A stretch of 14,156 nt of DNA from an uncultured Parafilimonas sp. GTDB taxonomy: Bacteria > Bacteroidota > Bacteroidia > Chitinophagales > Chitinophagaceae. The DNA is taken from contig CAZZXW010000011.1 in assembly GCA_964658095.1 (NCBI GenBank), positions 2,290 through 16,445 on the forward strand, written 5' to 3'. Every line of letters begins with the position of its first letter. The stretch's first letter is position 1. Under the pieces are notes generated by a model. That model ran no database searches. It had not been told where the DNA came from and saw only the letters and a list, made by a program, of their open reading frames with translations. The position numbers were made by a program, and so were the translations under genes. Below are positions 9,044-14,156 of the stretch, piece after piece.

Positions 9044-9089
9044 GAAGGCAACAGGGTTAGTAAGTAATTTCTGTTGCTTTCTTTTTTTT
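9044..9089 (+). terminator. Rho-independent terminator (plus-strand orientation)
   Basis: GAAGGCAACAG (9044-9054) pairs with CTGTTGCTTTC (9071-9081), giving 11 bp including one G-U. The loop is 16 nt, followed by TTTTTTTT (9082-9089). In the minus-strand reading the hairpin is followed by AATAAAC, so it is at best a weak terminator for the acyltransferase gene. Confidence 0.7.
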
Positions 9090-9121
9090 ATATAAATGCC
9101 TTAGGCTTTTGTAGCTAACTA

Positions 9122-10243
9122 TTACTCGGTTTTGCGTTCACTTAAAATTCTTCTGCGTATATTTAAAAACGGCTTTTCTATTACTTCGTTAAAGCATAAT
9201 GAAGTAATAGAAACGGCTGCAACACAAACCAGAAACATGATGTTGCTGTTGTTATCGATCCTAAATTTTACAAACTCACTTTGCGTTACATGAATCACCA
9301 TCTTATGAATTAAATAGATGCCGTAAGATAATGCTGCAATTTTTGAAGTAATTTTTGATTGATACTTATACAAAAAACATTGCGGGCTTAAGGCAGCTAA
9401 AACAATAAAGCCATACCCAACATCAACTAATGGGAAACCGAATACTGATGCATTAAAACTTTCAGCTTCTGAACAAAAAAAATAATTAATTGCAAAAAGT
9501 AAAGCGCTTACAATTAATGGTGCATTTCCGTATTTTAATATCTTTCTACTAAATTTTGGTTTGAATTGAAGTAAGGCTGCAATGCTTACGCCAACCAATA
9601 AACCATCAAGCCTGCTCCATGTTGGATAATAGATCCACTTATACCAAGAAATGCCACTATCATCATTCAACAACTCAACATGCTTAAAAGAATATAACCT
9701 TGCGGCAAACCCAATTACAAAGAATAACAGCAATAGCCAGTATGCTTTTTTTATCTGTTTAAAATAAACTGATGCTGCAAGTATTAAAGGCAGCAAAAGA
9801 TAAAATTGTTCTTCAATACATAAGCTCCATGCATGTGAAAATGTGCCCTGATGTTGCACATCCAAACCAATGTTTTGCGTAAAGCTTAAGAACTTCCAAA
9901 TTGGTGGAAGCGCTTCTCTTTCTCTTATAAACGGGAACAAAAAATATAAGGTAACTACAACAAGGTAAGCCGGTATAATTCTGAAAAAACGTTTAATAAA
10001 AAATTCCTGAAGGGAAATCTTTTTGCCTGCGGATATTTTTAGAAAAAGTTGCGCTGCTATTAAGTATCCGCTTAAAACAAAAAATAAATCAACGCCACTC
10101 CAGCCAAATACACTGATTGTATTCGTCCATGCAGGATGCGCAAACAATCTTCCATAATGAAATAAAAAAACAAATGTTATAGCAAATGCACGCAGATGAT
10201 CTAAGCCATATAATTTATGCGTAACATGGGTAGAGCCGGACAT
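9122..10243 (-). CDS. Acyltransferase family 3 (integral-membrane O-acyltransferase, OafA/NolL-like)
   Basis: 373-aa polytopic membrane ORF with the family-3 N-terminal signature (LDHLRAFAITFVFLFHY ... GVDLFFVLSGYLI) and about 10 hydrophobic segments. Confidence 0.85.
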   Translation of the reverse strand: MSGSTHVTHKLYGLDHLRAFAITFVFLFHYGRLFAHPAWTNTISVFGWSGVDLFFVLSGYLIAAQLFLKISAGKKISLQEFFIKRFFRIIPAYLVVVTLYFLFPFIREREALPPIWKFLSFTQNIGLDVQHQGTFSHAWSLCIEEQFYLLLPLILAASVYFKQIKKAYWLLLLFFVIGFAARLYSFKHVELLNDDSGISWYKWIYYPTWSRLDGLLVGVSIAALLQFKPKFSRKILKYGNAPLIVSALLFAINYFFCSEAESFNASVFGFPLVDVGYGFIVLAALSPQCFLYKYQSKITSKIAALSYGIYLIHKMVIHVTQSEFVKFRIDNNSNIMFLVCVAAVSITSLCFNEVIEKPFLNIRRRILSERKTE

Positions 10244-10256
10244 ATTTATGATAGGC

Positions 10257-10565
10257 TTATCTTATCTCACCAAAGCATTCGTAATGTTGAACAGTTGGCT
10301 CAAACTCTAATAGGTATTTTTTGTCTTCCTCATAATACTTTGCTTTCTCATAATCTTCACCGGCAAAAGCCCTGATGCTTTCAATGTTCACCCACCATGA
10401 AATTGTCCAGATGTGTGTAGTATCACCTTCTTCTTTTTGCCAAACCTGCGCATTCAAATTCCCGGGTGTTGAGCGATAATCTTTAATACCCGTTTGCATT
10501 ACATAATTTACGTATGCTTCTGCGTTGGATGTTGTTGTTTTTCCATGCCACAAGCGAACTATCAT
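10257..10565 (-). CDS. Small ABM-like / dimeric alpha-beta-barrel protein (function unknown)
   Basis: 102-aa ORF (MIVRLWHGKTT...AEAYVNYV...TPGNLNAQVW...WWVNIESIRAFAGEDYEKAKYYEEDKKYLLEFEPTVQHYE). The pattern matches small proteins usually annotated as antibiotic biosynthesis monooxygenase-like. It lies 13 nt upstream of the acyltransferase gene. Confidence 0.65.
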   Translation of the reverse strand: MIVRLWHGKTTTSNAEAYVNYVMQTGIKDYRSTPGNLNAQVWQKEEGDTTHIWTISWWVNIESIRAFAGEDYEKAKYYEEDKKYLLEFEPTVQHYECFGEIR

Positions 10566-10624
10566 GTTATAAATTCAAAAATTAAAACTAAAATTCAAAT
10601 GCCAATAAAATTATATTATCCTGG

Positions 10625-11851
10625 TTACATCGTTCTTATTTCTTCTTGCTGCATCGTTGCAGTTGCCGTTCTTTTCTCCCTGAAAAATATAAGAAAATAA
10701 ACCAAAACACCTATGGCAATGTAAGCTGGTACAAACCAGATCTTCGTCCAGTCGTGCAAACCATTTTGCAGTAGATGTTTATCTACTACATGGCCTGAAT
10801 AACGTGTGCCGATAAACATTCCCACACCGTAAGTGGCAAAAGTGAATAAGCCCTGTGCGGCATTTTTAATTTTTTCTCCGGCTTTCTTTTCGGTGTACAT
10901 ATAACCGGTTACAAAAAAGAAATCATAACAAACACCATGTAAAATAATTCCCGCATATAACATCCATTCATTTGTACCAATATTTCCATACGCAAAACAT
11001 ACATAACGCAATATCCAGGCAGCCATACCAAGCAACAACATATTTTTTACGCCGATGCTGTTAAATAAAAATGGTATCGCAAGAATAAACAAGCCTTCTG
11101 AGATTTGCCCAAGTATCATTTTGCCTGCGGCATTGTGAACGCCTATCTCATTTAAGAATGGATTAGCAAAGCCGTAATAAAAAGAAAGCGGAATGCATAC
11201 CAAAATAGCAGCTATAAAAAATATAATGTAAGGAACATTTTTAAACAACACAAAAGCTTCAGTGCCCAATGCTTTTGAAGCGCTTGCATCTGCAGATTTT
11301 CCCTTTGGTGGCGTATTCGGCAAAATAAAACTGAATATACCTAATGCAACAGAAACAATGGCAGCCATATAAAATGTATTTGCTGTTTTCTCAATACCAA
11401 GATAACCAATAAGCAAGCCTGCAACAATCCATCCTAATGTTCCAAACACGCGTATCCACGGAAATTGCTTGCCGGGATCATTCATTTGATTAAACGCTAC
11501 ACTGTTGCTTAATGCAATGGTTGGCATATATAACAACGAGTAAAATAATATCACCCAAAAAAAAGTAGTATTATCAACAATTTTAGTGGCAAGAAATAAT
11601 AAAACACCACCGATGATATGAAAGACACCCATTATTCTTTGTGCAGCAAAAAACCGGTCAGCAACCATGCCTATAAAGAAAGGTGATATCATGGTTGCAA
11701 TAGCCAAAGCACTGAATGCAGCACCAACCTGCAAGCCGGTTGAATGTAAGTTTTCGCCCATGTAAGTGCCAAGTGTTACATACCATGCGCCCCACACAAA
11801 ATATTCTAAAAACATCATGGCAGATAAGCGTACGCGAACAGATGTGTTCAT
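10625..11851 (-). CDS. MFS transporter, nucleoside:H+ symporter (NHS; NupG/XapB/YegT-like) family
   Basis: 408-aa, about 12-TM ORF. The N-terminus VRVRLSAMMFLEYFVWGAWYVTLGTYM is the characteristic NHS-family opening. The plus-strand ORF 10494-10700 is a shadow. Confidence 0.8.
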   Translation of the reverse strand: MNTSVRVRLSAMMFLEYFVWGAWYVTLGTYMGENLHSTGLQVGAAFSALAIATMISPFFIGMVADRFFAAQRIMGVFHIIGGVLLFLATKIVDNTTFFWVILFYSLLYMPTIALSNSVAFNQMNDPGKQFPWIRVFGTLGWIVAGLLIGYLGIEKTANTFYMAAIVSVALGIFSFILPNTPPKGKSADASASKALGTEAFVLFKNVPYIIFFIAAILVCIPLSFYYGFANPFLNEIGVHNAAGKMILGQISEGLFILAIPFLFNSIGVKNMLLLGMAAWILRYVCFAYGNIGTNEWMLYAGIILHGVCYDFFFVTGYMYTEKKAGEKIKNAAQGLFTFATYGVGMFIGTRYSGHVVDKHLLQNGLHDWTKIWFVPAYIAIGVLVYFLIFFREKRTATATMQQEEIRTM

Positions 11852-11914
11852 GTTATTGTTTTGCTGATAAAATTAAAGGAGTTTAAACCAAATCTTCTTT
11901 ATAAGCAGAATTAA

Positions 11915-11946
11915 ATGAATAAAAAAGGCTGTTGAAAAACAGCCTT
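11915..11946 (-). terminator. Rho-independent terminator downstream of smc
   Basis: AAGGCTGTT (11925-11933) pairs with AACAGCCTT (11938-11946), a 9-bp stem with a 4-nt loop. On the minus strand TTTTATTCATTT follows. It lies 26 nt after the smc stop codon. Confidence 0.75.
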
Positions 11947-11971
11947 CATATAAACCCTGTTGAAACTAAAT

Positions 11972-14156
11972 CTAATTTAAACTGCGGAAGTCAACCGGCA
12001 CCAGTTTGCTTACGCCGGGTTCCTGCATGGTAACACCATAAATAACATCCACGCTGCTCATTGTTGCTTTATTATGTGTAACAATGATGAACTGTGAATT
12101 ATCACTAAACTTTTGTATCATCTGTGTAAACTTGCCAACGTTTGCATCATCCAGCGGTGCATCTACTTCATCCAAAATACAGAATGGTGCCGGCTTTATA
12201 AGATAGATAGCAAACAACAAAGCTGTTGCTGTTAACGTTTTTTCGCCACCGCTTAATTGTGTTATAGACGATGGCTTTTTGCCTTTAGGTTTTGCCACTA
12301 CATCAATGCCTGTTTCAGCAAGATTATCAGGATTTTCAAGCACAAGATCAGCTGTATCTTCTTCCGTAAATAATGCTTTAAATACCTGCTGAAAGTTTTC
12401 ACGAACCTTATTAAATGTTTCCAGGAATTGCTGGTTGGCAGTTATTTCGGTTTCTTCAATTGTTTGCAATAAACTTTCTTTTGCATTCACCAGATCCGCC
12501 TTCTGTTCAAGGATAAATTCATAGCGCTTTTTAATTTCAACAAACGCTTCAATCGCTGTTGGATTTACTTCACCAATGTTCTCTAGCCGTTTGCGCATTT
12601 TATCGGCACTTGCCTGTAATTCTTCAACCGCAGATGTTGTTTTACGAGGCTCATCAATTATATCATCCAGCTCAACTTTAAACTCAACGTGCAAACGTTC
12701 ACGCATGCCGGCAAGATTTAGTTTCAGCTCATTTAATTTATCTTTTATTTCAGCCAGCAATTGTTCAACGAGTTCTTTATTTTTTACTTTATGTCTTAAT
12801 GCACTTTCCTTTTCCTGCAAAGCATTGCGCTGATTATAATAAGCCGCGTCAGCTTCATTTAATCGCTTCTCTTCTGCTTCTTTTGTTTGCAGCAACGTGT
12901 GCAATTCATCTTCGCTTGCCTGTAAAGTTTGTGCACTTGTTTCTATCTGCGCTGATGTTTCTTTCAACTGTTTAGAGTTCTGTTCAACCTGGTTATGTAA
13001 ATCTTTTAACTGCGTTTGTTTATAATCTAATTCCTGTTGTAATGCAGTAACCTTGCTTTGCAATTTTGTAAATGCAATATTATTTTCATTGTACAAATTA
13101 GAAGCTGTGCTGTAATCTTTTTCAGCAATTTTAAATGCTTGTTCTGCTTCTTTAATTTGGTTTGAAATTGCGTTCAGTTCTTCATTTATTACAGTAAGAT
13201 TTAAATGCAATTGTGAAATATGTTCCTGTTCTTTTTGCAAACGTGTTTGCATTTCTGCAGATTGCCTGGTCGCATTTTGCTGAAACGATTGCAGGTTTTC
13301 AATCTTATGTTTTAGTGTAAAAATTGTATTGTTAAGTTGATTGATTGAAGTCTCCGTTTCGCGGATTACATTTTCTTTTAACTGTTGGTTGTAACCAATT
13401 ACTTCGTTATGCTTTTGTTGAATATTCTTCTTTAATTCATTCACTATTTTTTCCTGTGCAGCTATTTCTTTATTTAGTTTTTCAAGATTTTTTGCGCGGC
13501 CAATTCTTTTGCCTTCAAACAAGCCAACACTTCCACCGGTTAAGCTGTATTTTCCTTTTACATACTTGCCGGATTTTTCTAACACAATTGCGCCGTTGCT
13601 GTTATTAAGCGCTTCATCATTTTCAGCAATAAAAACATTACCCAATAAATATTCGGATAGCTTTTTATATGCTTCATCCACTTCAATTACATCCAGCGCT
13701 TTAATTGTATTTGCAGGTTGATGCGGCTCGTTATCAACGCCTGCAATTTTATCAAGCAATAAAAAATTTGCTTTACCTTTTTTATTTGCGTCTAATAAAT
13801 AAACAGCCTGCAAACCTTCTTCAAGATTGTTTACAATGTAGTAATTAAGATATGGTGCCAATACATTTTCAACTGCCGTTCTGTACGCTTCCTGCACATA
13901 AATGATGTCTGAAAGAATCGGCGCATGAAAATTCCATTGCGTGTTTTTATGTAAAAATTTTACGCTTTCAGGATAACCTTCCATTGAATCAACAAGGCTT
14001 TTCAGCAAGTCATGTTCATTACGCTTTGCATCAAACTTTCTATTCTCATCTGTAAGCTGGTTACGCAACACTTCAAGCGCTGCCTGCGATTCTAATATCT
14101 GCTGCTTGGTTACTTCATGCTGTTGCTTTAATTGCTGCAAGGTTTGCTGTTGTTCT
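11972..14156 (-). CDS. smc: Chromosome segregation protein SMC, partial (hinge, second coiled-coil arm, C-terminal ATPase head); N-terminal part lies beyond the window edge
   Basis: The reading frame stays open to the window end, and the track start at 14140 is an internal TTG. There is a hinge-like segment (ILSDIIYVQEAYRTAVENVLAPYLNYYIV) and a long Q/E/K/L-rich coiled coil. The C-terminal head has the ABC signature LSGGEKTLTATALLFAIY, Walker B FCILDEVDAPLD and IIVTHNK. Confidence 0.92.
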   Translation of the reverse strand, partial: EQQQTLQQLKQQHEVTKQQILESQAALEVLRNQLTDENRKFDAKRNEHDLLKSLVDSMEGYPESVKFLHKNTQWNFHAPILSDIIYVQEAYRTAVENVLAPYLNYYIVNNLEEGLQAVYLLDANKKGKANFLLLDKIAGVDNEPHQPANTIKALDVIEVDEAYKKLSEYLLGNVFIAENDEALNNSNGAIVLEKSGKYVKGKYSLTGGSVGLFEGKRIGRAKNLEKLNKEIAAQEKIVNELKKNIQQKHNEVIGYNQQLKENVIRETETSINQLNNTIFTLKHKIENLQSFQQNATRQSAEMQTRLQKEQEHISQLHLNLTVINEELNAISNQIKEAEQAFKIAEKDYSTASNLYNENNIAFTKLQSKVTALQQELDYKQTQLKDLHNQVEQNSKQLKETSAQIETSAQTLQASEDELHTLLQTKEAEEKRLNEADAAYYNQRNALQEKESALRHKVKNKELVEQLLAEIKDKLNELKLNLAGMRERLHVEFKVELDDIIDEPRKTTSAVEELQASADKMRKRLENIGEVNPTAIEAFVEIKKRYEFILEQKADLVNAKESLLQTIEETEITANQQFLETFNKVRENFQQVFKALFTEEDTADLVLENPDNLAETGIDVVAKPKGKKPSSITQLSGGEKTLTATALLFAIYLIKPAPFCILDEVDAPLDDANVGKFTQMIQKFSDNSQFIIVTHNKATMSSVDVIYGVTMQEPGVSKLVPVDFRSLN

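Larger units (their letters stand above)
8895..9089 (+). ncRNA. Candidate autonomous small transcript (sRNA and/or small-ORF mRNA), unclassified
   Basis: It is bounded by the promoter-like element above and the intrinsic terminator at 9044-9089. Internal hairpin at 8983-9007: GATC...GATC outer stem and GAGAC/GTCTT inner stem capped by a GCAA (GNRA) tetraloop. That loop is a GNRA only in the plus-strand reading. CTTCAAT (8976-8982) is complementary to ATTGAAG (9041-9047). Confidence 0.3.

Noticed and set aside
8975-9060. Resemblance to SRP (4.5S) RNA helix 8 (CCGGAAG ... GAAGGCAACAG), or to 6S, RNase P or tmRNA.
   Set aside because: The GGAA at 9033-9036 is not closed by complementary bases (CCC/GTT). 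The conserved symmetric-loop sequences, the RNase P GAGGAAAGUCC-type motif, and 6S-like pairing of the 5' and 3' ends are all absent.
8908-9089. Branched-chain-amino-acid attenuator, with the sORF MLLIVMTSILVVVAARQ (rich in L/I/V) acting as a leader peptide followed by a terminator.
   Set aside because: Attenuators precede the regulated biosynthetic operon on the same strand. Here the next gene (9122-10243) and every gene to the window end are on the opposite strand, so there is nothing for it to regulate in cis.
10566-10624. Repeated AAATTCAAA motifs and TTTG-containing sequence between the permease and ABM-like genes, considered as an internal promoter.
   Set aside because: The spacing between the TTTG and the AATTTTTG-like box is only about 12 nt instead of 19-21, and the box lacks the TA, so the match is poor.
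14095-14105. Apparent frameshift in smc. The printed sequence reads ...TAATATCT|CTGCTTGG... across the 14100/14101 line break, and I count 14155 printed bases rather than 14156. The ORF-track translation (TKQQILE) needs ...TAATATCTGCTGCTTGG....
   Set aside because: The ORF track, computed from the true sequence, is continuous and its coordinates fit a 14156-nt window. I treat the missing base as a display artefact or my own counting error, not biology. Coordinates right of about 14100 may be off by one in my hand indexing.
12000-14156. Highly repetitive Q/E/K/L-rich coding sequence in smc, considered as a possible tandem repeat or low-complexity element.
   Set aside because: This is the expected heptad-like composition of the SMC antiparallel coiled-coil arm. 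No exact nucleotide tandem repeats were seen.

Overview
AT-rich window that looks like Bacteroidota, probably a Chitinophagaceae/Sphingobacteriia-type soil organism. The reasons are that no Shine-Dalgarno motifs sit before the starts, leaders are A-rich, signal peptides end in A-Q, and there are TTTG/TAnnTTTG-like promoter boxes. The content is mostly ordinary accessory metabolism. On the minus strand there is an exported xylose-isomerase-like TIM-barrel enzyme and an M13 (PepO/neprilysin-type) zinc metallopeptidase lipoprotein. A small exported hypothetical protein lies divergent from the peptidase. A tight plus-strand cluster follows: AraC regulator, cupin, tandem-CMD protein, ABM monooxygenase and aldo/keto reductase. 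The reductase is broken by a 1-nt frameshift. The rest is on the minus strand: a Gfo/Idh/MocA oxidoreductase, a co-directional trio (NHS-family nucleoside permease, small ABM-like protein, acyltransferase-3 membrane protein), and the hinge plus C-terminal head of SMC, which runs off the right edge. I found no tRNA, rRNA, CRISPR array, IS element or recognisable defence genes. The most unusual region is the 399-bp gap at 8723-9121 between two minus-strand genes. On the plus strand it appears to hold a self-contained unit of about 200 nt: a good Bacteroidota-type promoter, a 17-codon very hydrophobic sORF, a GNRA-capped hairpin, and a strong intrinsic terminator with no downstream plus-strand gene. 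A second point of interest is a 15/16-nt direct repeat that exactly brackets the ABM gene inside the AraC cluster. All functional calls rest on family-level motif recognition by eye, since no searches could be run.
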